Shown here in pieces: positions 13,101 through 25,573 of a stretch of DNA of 64,000 bases (its first letter is position 1; every line of letters begins with the position of its first letter). This stretch comes from Tubiluchus corallicola (taxonomy: Eukaryota; Animalia; Priapulida). The notes under the pieces were generated by a model, which was not told the DNA's origin, ran no database searches, and saw nothing but the letters and a program-made list of their open reading frames with translations. The DNA lies in NCBI GenBank assembly GCA_030141605.1, contig JAQGDQ010000326.1:62001-126000 (forward strand), written 5' to 3'. The translations under genes and the position numbers were made by a program.

Positions 13101-16100
13101 AAAAAGTGTCAAATCTAATTGCAGTTTTTAAGCGTCTTGACTAGTATTTCTTTATTCTAACTAAAGTATCTTTGTTATTAATGCTCAATATATACCAATA
13201 TAGATGTCTACTGTGTTGTTGCAGAGGTCGCCAAAAGGTCCAGGGTTCAAATTTGGATCAGACAAACCATGTTGCAGACAAATGTTGTAGATAAGAAAAT
13301 AGACTCAGAAATGTAAAAATTCAAGTAGAAAATTAAGGTGAAAACAAGGAAGAATCCCCCCCCCCCCCGAGTTCCTCGTGTTGATCATAATTATGGAACA
13401 GGTACTAAGCTGTAACATACACTTGCCCATCCATTCTATGAACAGACAAAGCCATTCCGTACCAGGTGGTTATAGCTGTGGCTTTGTATGGACGAGTACC
13501 ATTACAATGTCGAGAAGGATCGAAAATAAATGGCATTTCGCCTCTGTAACAGTATTAACGGTTAATACTATTTTAGAGTCTAGCTCATCTTTTTTTGGTA
13601 CATTTGATAATGATTCGGAGGATCAATTGTCATTGTAAAAAAAATTTTGACCATGTTATTATCAGCTTTATTCAAACTTAGAAAAAAACTCACCAGTTGA
13701 GAATTTCTAAGTAGCTTGACCTGGATTCCAAGTAAGACTTATAACTAGACTTGAACAGACTAGCTCTTGATTTAAAGGCACTGAAAAAGAGTTTTGATAA
13801 TTAAAATGCAAACACTTTTCAACATAAGAACAAAACTGTAGCAAATGCAATCTCAGATTTTGCAATTTAGGACAGAAACAGAAATGAAAATATGCCTTTG
13901 ATTCATAACATTATAAAACTTCTAAATACCCCATGCTATCAACTGTATTTTAAAAAGAATTATGTGTATATACAGCAACCTTGCATGACAGACTTACGGC
14001 CACAAATCCTCAAAGAGTCTAGAATGTATGTCTTAGTTCTTACATAGAGTAGTGTTAATCAGCAAGAATTTCTGCATAATTTGTAAAGCACTTCTCACAA
14101 TGTACGTTATCCAAAATTATACTAATTTAAAATTATAGGAAAGTTTGACTGGTACACTCGTCTGACCACAACACAGCTAATATTCATATTAATAAAACAC
14201 GTCTGTAGAGATATATATATGTATGTGTCTTCATACAAGCGTGTTTTGACTTTTGGAATTTCCTTGACCATTTTACCATTTTGTGAGTCACACAATACTT
14301 CAAGCAATTTGTGTGATTAAAGGTTAAATGATGGCCTGTCATTTTTGACAAAATCTGAATTGTTCCAAAGTTTATAAAGCAGAGAACAAGACAAAGTAGG
14401 GCAAGGTATTGCATATCACTTTAACACTCATTATATACGTAGTAACATGTTATGATTTCTTGAGCAATTAGGGTTTTGCCTTACGAAAAGATCTGTGTCA
14501 AATTCCATGCACTTATACATAGTGTCCAAAAAAAAATCTGTGCAGAATTATTTGAGCGACCCACAAAAATATGCTCACTTCTAGAATGAGAAAAGATAAA
14601 GTTTTTAAGGTATAAAAGTTTTTTTCAAAAAAAGCTTCCACTAGTATAATTCAGCATTCCAATTTCGTAATTTCTCATTGGCAACTTACCCAAAGCCATT
14701 CATTACAGCCAAGTCAGTGATTATTTTATCTTACTATGAAAAGGTTTACTTTTATCTTAAGCTATAATTTGATTTATAATTCTATGCTCGTTAATTATTT
14801 TACGTCCTGTTAATTGTGCTTGTTAATATTTCCAGATGCTTAAGATTTGAGATAAAATACAGAAAATGACCTTATGGAATTACGTTATACATGGATGGTT
14901 ATTCAGTTTGCAGATGTGAATTTAATGAAAAATTTATAGTCAAACCTGTGGTAAGTGGTGCATGCCCTCGCTATGCTTATGGCTGCATGTGGTCAGTATC
15001 AGTTAACAGCTATGCTATATGAACAAGTCTTGATTAATTTTAATTTGTAACTTAAAATTAGTTTCACGTATTACTGACTAATCCAGCTATGCAAGTATAA
15101 CATATGCATGCGCTACTAATTAACAACTGCTGCTATACAAGAATAATGTTTTAGATAAAATATAATAATTTAATTTACATTATAGTTTAATTTACATAGC
15201 TCACAGTACTAATCTAAGTAGAGTTTTGTTATTAAATTAGTAGAAGGGTGGTAGATTCGATCGATGACCTTTCGGTCGCCACCCTGTCTCTCTTAGTAGT
15301 CACATCATTTGTTAATGCTATGTTGATTATGTTATTGAGGCAAATAAATTATTCTGTATTCTGAAAAATCTTGATTATTGATCATCTGTGGAATGAGTCT
15401 AATAGTATTTCAGCAAGCAAGCTTCCAAGCCAAATGCACTCTTGTGCCATGTGCACAGTTTTGGTTGTCAATAGATTATACTGTTGAAATAGATTCTTTT
15501 TTATGAGAAAAGATTGAAGAGCCTTAGTAAATGATTGAAGATGCAACAGTAAACTGAGAAAGCAAAGCAGACAACCGACACAACTGTTGCAAACATAACG
15601 ATAACTATTGCAGATAATCATTTAAATAATTAAGAAGCTTTCAGAAGCTTCAATAATTAAAAACAGAGATTTCAACAAAGAAGCGAAACCTTGAAATATC
15701 TTCAAGATTAGCTACAACAGCTGCCCATCCTTGCTGCTGTAAATGTTGATCGTGCACCAGCCGCTCGCATAACTGTACTTGTTCTCTGGCTAAATCATGA
15801 AATTGCTGTAAATAACAACATTATGTTAAAACTCATTAAAACATCACAGCAGAGAATATTTTTTATCTTGTATGTACTATTGAAAATCAAAAGTACTCAA
15901 AAAAGTTTTCCATACATATGTTTAATCAATTTTTTTTGAAAATTTTCTTGTACTACGCCAAATTTGCAAGGTGAGAAGATCAAATTCTTAATAGTGAAAT
16001 GACACATAGTTCAATATCAGTAAGCCTACAATAAACAAAACTTACTAGCTCTAAAACAGTGAAACTTCAATCATTCGTTAAGGAATGTTATGAGGATAAT

Positions 16101-18490
16101 AGAATGACATAATATAATGTTTAATTTGAAACTATGAAAAGCAACAATAATCAACTTTAAACAAAACAGCAAAAACGTCGAAACTTACTGAACACACCAA
16201 AATACTGTACGTAACATATATTATACATGGAATATTGCTACATGTCTTATAATCCTGGTAAACATCTCAAGTCAAAATCACAAAGTGTAGTAGGTCTTTA
16301 TCTGGCTAAAATAAAAATATTCACCTGTGCAAGCTGTACCCTGACAACTACTGTACTGTACGTTGCAGGCATGTTAAGCGATCCCTCCACCTGGTCTCTG
16401 AGATCCATATCCGATCCGACATCTACACTAGCAGATGGTGGATTTGAGGACTCAATTGTCGTTTTACTGAACAAAAAGATTGGATTTGTATCCTAAAAGA
16501 TTTAAAAGACAACAGTCAATCTTATGTTTGCAGGATAGCTAGTTCACATTACACTTACGCATCTATAAAGAAACATTCTTTGACACTTTAATCATGAGCT
16601 AAAACTTACCATCATAAGGCAAAAGAAAAACCAGAAGACAACAGTTTGAAAAAAGAAAATAAAAATTTTGCCAAACAAAAAAGGAAATTGTCAAAATAGA
16701 TTTTTTATATCCAATTCTGATAATGCCATAATAACAACCTGCTTATTCTTATTGATCAGAAAAAGTGCACCACGCAAATCAGGGCAATTTGGTCAAAAAG
16801 GAAATGTATAGTAAAAGGCATTTAAACAGTAAACAAAATTAACGGAAATTCTAGTAATTTCCATATGGGTTCTCTTCTAAATGTACTACCGACAACCACT
16901 GGAGCCCTAAAGCAAATATAATTTTTTCATACACTGCAGACTGGAAACCAGTACTTAATAACAATGACATACTCAATGTTAATGTTTGTGATGAGACACA
17001 TTATCAAGGATAAACTTATTTTTCTATGATTTAAAGGTAAAGTAAAGTGTATTTTCAGAAGATTGTAATGTCTAATATACTGAACTAGCAGAACCGTGGC
17101 GTAAACACATTTGGATCCCTCAATCAGGTAAAGAGCTAAAACTAGCATGGTGACTGAAATTTCCCAGAGTAAATATTTAATCCACACAGCCGCATTTCAT
17201 TCACTCATCACTTTGCTTAACTTCAGCGACAAAGCATAAGTCATAATAATTCGGTTATCCAACTTCGTTTTTAATGATGGAATATAGTACTATTATGAGA
17301 ACATGAATTGAGCTAGTTACGTACAGTGCCAGCGCTATAAGCACAAACTCGAACAGTTGGATCAAGACTTTCTCCACCACTGATTAGTAGCACTTGTTTA
17401 TCCTCAGATATCTTGCACATCTTGGCTATGACAGACTGCAGATGTTTCACACTGAAATACCATAATTTTTAGTAACATGAACTTAAAAATTACCTATGCA
17501 CTAATTATTAAAAGCCCATGGAACATAAGAAACGTAACCATTTGAAAAACGACTTGAAATGACAGCACAACAGTTATTTCACATATAATATAAAGCAGTC
17601 TTAACAAATACAAATTTTCACATTTATCTTTATAATTTATTTACATTTTATTTTCACACATACAGATAGATATTTATTTATAACATTGTATCGATGGGAC
17701 ATAACAAAAAACTGTATTCCCTAGTCCCAAAATTTTTCCGTATATGTCGTATTGATGATCCTATTGTAACTGCTCTAAAAAGTGACTAAGAAGTGATTTT
17801 CTGTTTTAGCTTGCCTATATTCAGCCCAGTAATGAAATGTACATCACAGGCCCGTGTTCTCTAGCTGCATTTTTGATTGATGTCTCATTTATTTTCCCCC
17901 CTCTCCAACTTGGCATCTCAATATGTCATAAATATATATATATATATATATATAGTTATATATAACTATATGACACATGACATACAGTGTTCCCTCGCTA
18001 CTTCACGGTTCATTTATCGCGGACTCAGTGTTTCGCGGGTTTTCAAAGATATTAATGTAAAATATTTATCGCTGTATTTTCGCTGTTTCGCGGGTTTTTG
18101 CGGTACTGGGTCTAAAGTATTTTTACTTATTGTACAGTAATGTATAGATTTAATGAATTTTGCATAAAAAAATCACAAAATGTATAAAAATATATTAAAA
18201 ATATTAATTCTAACATTAAAAGAATATTGTAAATAACAAAAAATTGCCATTTACAGTAAATAGTGTATTTATTCGGCGGATGAGTACACACCAAAAATGA
18301 AATGTAGTACTTGCGTCCCTACTTTGCGGAAATTCACTTATCGCGTGTGGGCCTGGAACGGAACACCCGCGATAAGTGAAGGAACACTGTATATAACTTT
18401 AATAATAAGCAAATACTAATACCTTTCCATAGCCAGGTTCATATCGAACGTCAGCATAGTGCCTGTGTCCACTAAAAACACGTACAACAT
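1166..18490 (-). CDS. RB1CC1: RB1-inducible coiled-coil protein 1 (FIP200/ATG11-like autophagy scaffold), multi-exon, 3' end (Claw domain) beyond the window edge
   Basis: Coding exons in transcript order, all GT-AG and in frame: 18423-18490, 17325-17451, 16325-16492, 15690-15805, 13694-13780, 12274-12415, 12016-12072, 9389-9559, 8496-8680, 7549-7735, 7112-7252, 6345-6445, 3965-6041, 3077-3185, 2551-2641, 2136-2196, 1346-1393, 1166-1233. The translation MLYVFLVDTGTMLTFD...QVLLISGGESL...YSAGTDTNPIFLF...CERLVHDQHLQQQGWAAVVANLED...LPDLCNSH...VEVVRRR matches the FIP200 N-terminal domain. A long coiled coil follows, and the last exon (GDKVSFL) leads into the Claw. Confidence 0.95.
3965..6041 (-). 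CDS. RB1CC1: RB1CC1 large exon (disordered linker plus coiled coil)
   Basis: Lies within ORF 3929..6061. Acceptor AG at 6043-6042, donor GT at 3964-3963. Contains the FVTADFYMDESMPSS motif followed by E/K/L heptads. Confidence 0.92.
9934..10214. other. Assembly gap (N run) flanked by T-rich degenerate tandem repeats
   Basis: Run of n. The right flank repeats tttgttttgatttttatc-like units. Lies inside an RB1CC1 intron. Confidence 0.95.
10907..10969. repeat. Dispersed repeat, copy B (similar to 896-957)
   Basis: See copy A. Probably a fragment of a degraded interspersed element. Confidence 0.6.
12784..13087. repeat. Degenerate tandem duplication, period about 172 bp, intronic
   Basis: gaagtggtgctgacaagccactagca...ttgagagtgga at 12784 recurs as gaagtggtgctaacaaaccactggca...ttgagagtgga at 12956. 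Confidence 0.8.
17985..18389. mobile_element. Tc1/mariner-superfamily (Tigger/pogo-like) MITE in the first coding intron of RB1CC1
   Basis: TA|CAGTGTTCCCTCGCTACTTCACGG ... CCGCGATAAGTGAAGGAACACTG|TA: imperfect terminal inverted repeats with a TA target-site duplication and no transposase ORF. Confidence 0.85.
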
Positions 18491-19467
18491 TGTGACAGCC
18501 GGAAGACACAAGGCATGCAGTGGACATTGGCTATAATAGTATCTTGATAAATACTTTCTGCCAGACAATGCAGGGCATGTCTAACCTAAACAAAGGAAAA
18601 ACATTCTAAAAATAACAAAGTGTATATACGACCAAGTGCAATTCAATTAATTACAGAACTACTTTACAAAAGTAATAGTAATTTATTCTTACAAGTCCAG
18701 CTTCAAGCGTCTAATAACTACTGCAACAAATAGTTTTGTCCAAGAGTTTTTATGCTGGAATACAAAATGTGGTATTATGGTAAGCTTTTTGAATGACGTT
18801 TAAAATTAAAACGCATAATGTATGTTTTTACTTCTACAACATCATACAATCTGAAGGTATTATTAGCAAAGTCAAACTTTTTTATAACCATATTTTATTG
18901 ACAAAAAAAATAAATATAGCACTGATATAGAGGCTCCAGGAAGAAGAATTGGCATACGGGCAATGCAGCTAATAAAAGGTGAACATACATATACATAGTG
19001 TTACTATGTTATGTACTAATTAACAAAAGTATGGATATAAACTGTGGCACACTAAATGAACGAAACTGCAAGTACTTTTTATCAACGTTTGAACAATATC
19101 AAATATAATTATATTTTGTTCATGATTTGAAGTGCACAGCCACTTAAAAGAAGATTATTTTGGAGATTCAGTATCCAAAAGGATAATGTTAAATGGAATA
19201 ATATTATTATAAATTGGATACCTTGCATATAAGTTGCTCTCTACTTACAACATGTAGTAGGAATTTGAGCAAATCATGGGTAAAAGATTCAGTGCGACAA
19301 TCACAAGAACATTTTTTACCAACAATATTACCCCTAGAATCTGTATAATTAAACTGAAGAAGAGCTATTCTTAAGCGAGTATGGTGTACACAGCTGGGGA
19401 ATTGTACCATGAACTAAACGTTTGGGTCTGTTTACGAAAGCGAATTAATTCTTTAAATGACATTATA

Positions 19468-19493
19468 TACATACATACATACACGCACGCACG

Positions 19494-19557
<64 letters not shown>
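19468..19557. repeat. Compound microsatellite (TACA)n(CACG)n(CA)n
   Basis: Directly visible in the sequence. Confidence 0.95.
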
Positions 19558-19561
<4 letters not shown>

Positions 19562-19567
19562 AATTCA

Positions 19568-19686
19568 GAACACCATATAGACCACTCCGTTCTCTCACTA
19601 TGGACATGCAGTTTTTCAACAAGGCTGCACCTTGTTGAAAAACTGCATGTCAATAGTGAGAGAATGGAGTGGTCCATATGGTGTTC
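19568..19686. repeat. Near-perfect palindrome, 57-bp arms with a 5-nt spacer
   Basis: GAACACCATATAGACCACTCC...TTTTTCAACAAGG-CTGCA-CCTTGTTGAAAAA...GGAGTGGTCCATATGGTGTTC, with 3 mismatches between the arms. Confidence 0.9.
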
Positions 19687-22600
19687 CTCACCACTCATAG
19701 ACCGTGAAGGCTTTTTCAATGCAAGATACCTGGCTTGGCATTGGATTGGCATCTGAGGCACTTTCCACTGAAAGTTTGCAACTTGATAGATTTGATACTT
19801 TTTAATTGTTTTTAAAAGGCCTTGTCAGACAAAATTTTTACAAAAATACAAAGACATCTTAATGAACTTGAAATAACTATTAGACTTTGCTGTGCAAACA
19901 TTTAATTGAAAATCCTTGCTGTTGTTCGAAATACATGTGTTAATCATTAGTAGAGGTGTTTTGAAGGTACTGCAAATAGCGAAAGTAGCTAGTACAGTAG
20001 TTCTTTGCAGACTCTGATTTGACTTGACTCTAATTTGATTACAAGACTTGCCAAAGGTCTTAGTTCATGTCTACCTATTTTTAAACATTTTGCTTGTTAA
20101 AATTATCAAAAATTTGAAGTGTAGTGACTTCTGAGAAAAATTATACTTCATGTCTGAGTTGTAAAACTAACAGTACAACAATTACCCTTGTAAGAAAGTG
20201 ATGCAAAAATCAGCAATTAATAAGAAAGACGAGCTTCAGTTTGAAATATAAATTTTTCAGAGCTGGCTTTATTTTTGCTTCTCCTTGACCACGTTTACAT
20301 AATTTCGAGAGAGAAATATTTGACATCAGCAGTGCCAGTTTTTTCGTAGGGACTGAAGGAGGCATTAACTACTGACTTTTCACAATTTTTCCGCTATCTT
20401 TTTTGTTTACATACAGCTCGAAACAAAAATATTTATTGTAACCTAATCTGTTTTAATTGATATCTAATCTATTAAAGTTTCAATGAAGGAATGAAATCAA
20501 AGGTAAAATTATTTTTATTGGCTTCACTTGCATTTAACCTTTTTGGAAAGTATCACAGAAAGATTCAGGAACACATACATAAATGATCATGTCATGTGTA
20601 ATGATACAATTTTTTTTCCCAATTGCAGTTAATTTAATGGGTAATGCAGCTACTACTAACATAATATTTTTATGTCACTGCAACTACTAATACTACTACT
20701 AGCACTACACTGCAATACCACTACGCAAACAGCTACTGAGACCATTACCACCACTCTTAGTACAAGTTACAACTATTATTACTACTTACTATAGTCTGTC
20801 AGGATACGACAAGTTTACTTATTTGACACAGACAATTACTTTAAATGCATTACACTAACAAAATATCGTCAATACTTCTAAACTTCATATATTCACGGTA
20901 CACGCAGTCTTGAAGTCAAGATTAATTATTATACCGTTTACAAAGCTAACCTGCAGATGACCTCTTTCAAACGAACGAGGTTAAAGCTATTATGAACAAT
21001 ATTTACGAAAAAGAAGCATACAACACAATTTCATAAGTGTTGCAAACTGTCTTCACACATACATTTCGATTATTTCATTTTAAAAATACATATAATTTTT
21101 TTTAAAAATAATTAATCTCAATAATCTATGTGTTACTCATTGCACAATGAAAATTACTGCAATCAGCTGAAACTGTTTTGGTTCAAGGAATAGTCTCTTG
21201 TTGGAGCGCACTGCTGCCATCTATCGAAAAAGACGTCAACAAATTTGATGCTCTTCTGAATTAACTTTAATGTGCTCTAATTTGTCTCTTTCTCCCCTTA
21301 AAATCCTAATTAAAATTGTTATGCATTAACATGGCTAGTAGACTATTGTTATACTGACCATGTAAAATTAGTTTATTTTTAAGTTTGGTAATTAAACAAT
21401 GTAAACCCAATTTCTCATCAAAATTAATTTGCTCAGCATACACTGTAAACCAATAATGTTTTTTAAAACTTTTTGTACAAAATAGATGGCTGTATGTATA
21501 TGTAATCCAAGTTTCTTTTAAAGTTGTTGTACAAATTAAAGCAAGTTTCTTTTCTAAGTTTGATCTGTGTATGCATATCAAAACCAGGTTTACTTTCAAA
21601 AGTTGTTCTACAAAATAAACTGAGCTTTTTTTAGAAATTTCATCACTGTACACGCTTGTAAACGAAGTGCATACTTTAACATTCCAAGAAGAACTGGAAT
21701 GGCATCGACATTTTTAACTAGTTTTCACAAATGATTTTTATTTGATATTTTGCTGCAGAGCATTATTAATTTAGCAGTTATTGGCAGACATAGAAACATG
21801 ACAGTGCATCAATAGTCAGTTCTTCCCATGTCATATTATGCATAATAGTTTGTACTGAACACACTTTCACACGAACAATAAAAATAATCATTCACATACA
21901 CTTAAGTTTAACAGAGATTTATGAGATTATTAACAACTTTCAAAATTATTTCTGCTAGTATATTATTGCATATGCAGAAGACATGCCAACCTCACAAAAC
22001 TGGAATATTGTGGAACTGTAATATCTGTTTGTAGAGGTATTTCATGTATGTATTATCTGACATGGTACAGTATGTAACAAGACGAAATAAAACTTTTTAA
22101 TAACATGAACACACTCCTGCTTTTTCACTAAAATTTTATAAATTTTATTGTGCTTTTATAAGGAATATCGACGTTTCCACTGCACACTGACACACATATC
22201 CAGGAAACAGATACGAGCGGAAACGTTGATTTTCCTAAATGAAATAAAAGTCATAGTGGGTTGTTTATGATCAAGGATAATTTTTTAGTAGGTGGCAGAC
22301 GTGACTTGGGGCATTCATATGTGTGTAAATTCACTCTTAGCATTCGCATAGGCATAGCCCCCGCCCTGGCAGCCACTCATCCATTTACTAAACAGGTCTG
22401 GCACTGTTTAACTACAGGTGCAAGAACTTATCATGAACACTTTGTTATTTCATGCATGGCTCGAAATAACTGCAAAAACACAAGTTTAATAGACTATTAT
22501 TACAAACTATTACAATGCAGTGTATGTGTAATAAAAATTATATATATTTAGTTTTCCCCTACTGACTTAACTGAAAAATAAAAAAATATTTAAATAAACA

Positions 22601-22958
22601 AAAACATGTCATTTATTTCAAGTCATTTTCAATTTCATGCCACATTGTCAGTTTTTTTATTTAAAGCAGTTTATAGAATAATTCCATGGAAAAATACAAA
22701 CAAAGGAGAAATGACCATTGTTCTCTTTCAGAAACAGATTATTTGAGATTACGCTTTGAGCTGTGTTGAAAAGTGTTCCACAATTAGAATTTCTGAAATT
22801 AAAATCCGTTTTGGTGTGGCTCTTTAAGCCCTTTGTCCTAAGCAGCGATATTTGAACCACAATACAGGTAGAAAGAAGATTTTTTTATGTTACCCAATAT
22901 ACACGTATTTTATATTAATATACAGCTTAATACATTCTGCAGTCATAGTAAAATTAAC

Positions 22959-23767
22959 CGGTGTACAGTAAGTTTCGTACTATTAAGTTCGGTACAGGTA
23001 AATTTGGTGCAGGTAATTTTGATATGAGGAAATTTTGGCACTGTCGTCGTAGTTTTTGCTGTTGTCGCTGCTATTGCCATTACATTTGATGCTGTGGCTA
23101 TTATTGTCATTGTTATTGTCGCCATAGTTGTTGCTGTTGTTTGTCTGTTTCTTGCACGCTGTTTTTTATCATCATCATCGTCGTTATCTTTATCACCACC
23201 ATCCCCACCACTGCTGTCATCATTGCTACATTTGTATCGTCTATAACTACCATAAATAAAAACTTCAGACAACTTCAATATGTAGCTTAAATTGGCTTTG
23301 AACGTTTAATATGTGATTTCTCTGCGACTAATATTTTACAGATCCATCAAAGCCAAACATCAGGTATTAACTGCCCACCTGCTTGCTTAGTTCAAGCTAA
23401 TTTTAATAATTTTGGGCAGGTGGCGCCACAGAACGGAAGTGTTTAATTCTGATAAATTAATAATACCAACATCCTCTACAACATTTGTTCTTTTGTTGTA
23501 GTTATTTTGTAATGAGATATAGAAATGCAATCTTTTTTATTTCATACCAAATTTTCATGTAGGTAACTTTCCTAGTACGAAATTTTCTTAGTATCAAATT
23601 TCCTTGAACCTCACTTTTCTAGGACGAAACATTCTTGGTACCAAATTTTCCTTCTACTAGATATTCTTGATAATAATTTTTTTTTGTACCTAAGGATCAT
23701 AGTACCAATTTTACCTGTACCAAACTTCCCAGTGTCAAACTTACTTGTACCAAACTGTTCTACATTC
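22959..23767. mobile_element. Foldback-type non-autonomous element with inverted arrays of ~15-bp subrepeats
   Basis: Left side: GGTACAGGTAAATTT-like units (22960-23040). Right side: GTACCAAATTTTCCT-like units (23540-23760) in inverse orientation. The interior has a degenerate GTT/CAT trinucleotide tract. Ends are approximate. Confidence 0.6.
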
Positions 23768-24100
23768 AGATTAACCAAATCTTTATCGTATAACCATATC
23801 GAACAGACTAGTCTCCTGATGTGCCAACTCACACGTACATTTATAATTATGAGTTCTGCAAATCTAAACTGGTTTAGAACACACAAATTTATCTAAGTAT
23901 ATAAAGTATGCAACTGTATTGTATATTGTTTAAGGGAACAGTTCAAATTTGTAATAATGCATCATATTAATGTTTGCCAGAACAAGTACATACTGTCACA
24001 CAATGACTTCGGAATCTTGTCCACAAAACGTACTTAGCCAACCACAGACCGTTTACTCAGAAATGGACTCAACACAGTTAACAAACTAAACAACTCAACC

Positions 24101-25573
24101 ATGGATGAGAACCAAATAAAAGAGACGTTAAAAACATCGCTGCTGCTTAGCTTTAGAACTGGAAATGCATTCGTTGACACATTAATAACTGGTACTATCA
24201 TCTATTTAACAACGTTCATCATAGGAGTAATATCCAAATTTCCAAAAAAAGTTAAGAAACTGATTAGCTGCATTACAAACACGATGAAAAAGAAACTGCT
24301 GCATTGCAGTTCTGCTGAGATAATAATCAAAGGCAGAATGATTCGAGAAACACAAATCTTATATTCGGAAGTACTGCTTGCTGTTCTGCATAAAATCAAA
24401 CAACTCGAGCCGGTGAAAAGTGGAATTAGAAATTTAACAGAAGTGGTAATAAGGAAGGATAGAGATTACCAAGATCACGAGCTACACTTAATTGTAAACC
24501 AGAAAGAAGCTTTTAGTTTGACAAAAGACATCTGCTGCCAAGTGTTTATCTCGCAAATTCAAACTAACCACAGCTTATTTCCAGTCGAATGGCTTGAAAG
24601 CAAGCCAGCTATGATGGCAAGAGAAGGCATTGAATTAAAAATATATTCTGAGAAATGTAATATTACACAGTTGAAGGCTTTCGTAGAGAAATGTAGAGAC
24701 GAGTACAGAGCATACAAGAAAGCAAAAAACGAAAATTCACTTAACTTATTTGCTTATAAACCTACAGGCACTTCAAGTGACCCTGTGAGAGATTTAGATT
24801 CACGATTCGATGATTTTCTAAATGTATATGCATTTGAAGAGTTTTCTTTTCGGTCCAATAGAACTTTTGACAACACCTTCAATGAAAACATAGAAGACAT
24901 CAAAAAGTACGTTGACTTTTTCACAGAGAGCAAAGGTTGGTACAAACAACACGGCATTCCTCACACCTTAGGGTTTCTCTTTTGCGGAGAGCGCGGATGT
25001 GGAAAAACTTGCACAATCAAAGCGTTGGCTAACTACACTAAACGCCACATCATAAAGGTACCTGTTAAAGAAATAAAAACTAGACGTACTATGCGCCAAC
25101 TTTTTTACAATAGCCACGTAAACCACAAGGACATTCCTCTTCACAAGCGACTCTACGTTTTGGACGATTTTGACGACCGTCCAAATCACGAAACGGATGA
25201 CAACGACTCAAAACATGATGGAGAGGAGCACAGATTAAGGACATTAAACCTGATGGAGCTATTAGACGGTATCGTTGAAATGAACGGAAGAATGCTGGTC
25301 ATTGACACAGACTATCCACAGCAATTAAATAAGGATCTTATCCGTCCTGGCCGGATCGATGTGACATTCTTTTTCAAACGTAGTTCATCACGTAGCACCG
25401 CTCAGATGTTCGAAGCATATTTTGGCAAGTCAGTGCCAGCAGAATACAGGGTCGCATTGCCAGACAAAAAGTGGACTTCATCTGAATTAAACAGAATACT
25501 ACTGAGCAATGCAAACAACAGCACAGCAGCACTGAAAGCCATAACAGCAAAAAGAACAAATGGGATGCAGTGA
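24101..25573 (+). CDS. Intronless BCS1-like AAA+ ATPase (490 aa) with an N-terminal hydrophobic segment
   Basis: Single ORF. Motifs: WYKQHGIPHTLGFLFCGERGCGKT (BCS1-type pre-Walker A and Walker A), YVLDDFD (Walker B), LLDGIVE, and LIRPGRID (arginine finger). Putative TM segment TLITGTIIYLTTFIIGVI. Confidence 0.88.
   Translation: MDENQIKETLKTSLLLSFRTGNAFVDTLITGTIIYLTTFIIGVISKFPKKVKKLISCITNTMKKKLLHCSSAEIIIKGRMIRETQILYSEVLLAVLHKIKQLEPVKSGIRNLTEVVIRKDRDYQDHELHLIVNQKEAFSLTKDICCQVFISQIQTNHSLFPVEWLESKPAMMAREGIELKIYSEKCNITQLKAFVEKCRDEYRAYKKAKNENSLNLFAYKPTGTSSDPVRDLDSRFDDFLNVYAFEEFSFRSNRTFDNTFNENIEDIKKYVDFFTESKGWYKQHGIPHTLGFLFCGERGCGKTCTIKALANYTKRHIIKVPVKEIKTRRTMRQLFYNSHVNHKDIPLHKRLYVLDDFDDRPNHETDDNDSKHDGEEHRLRTLNLMELLDGIVEMNGRMLVIDTDYPQQLNKDLIRPGRIDVTFFFKRSSSRSTAQMFEAYFGKSVPAEYRVALPDKKWTSSELNRILLSNANNSTAALKAITAKRTNGMQ

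Noticed and set aside
19371-19761. Overlapping ORFs on both strands with CV/HT repeats and mirror-similar peptides
   Set aside because: Explained by the (CA)n microsatellite and the palindrome.
22943-23278. 111-aa ORF with D and T runs
   Set aside because: It translates a degenerate trinucleotide repeat inside the foldback element.
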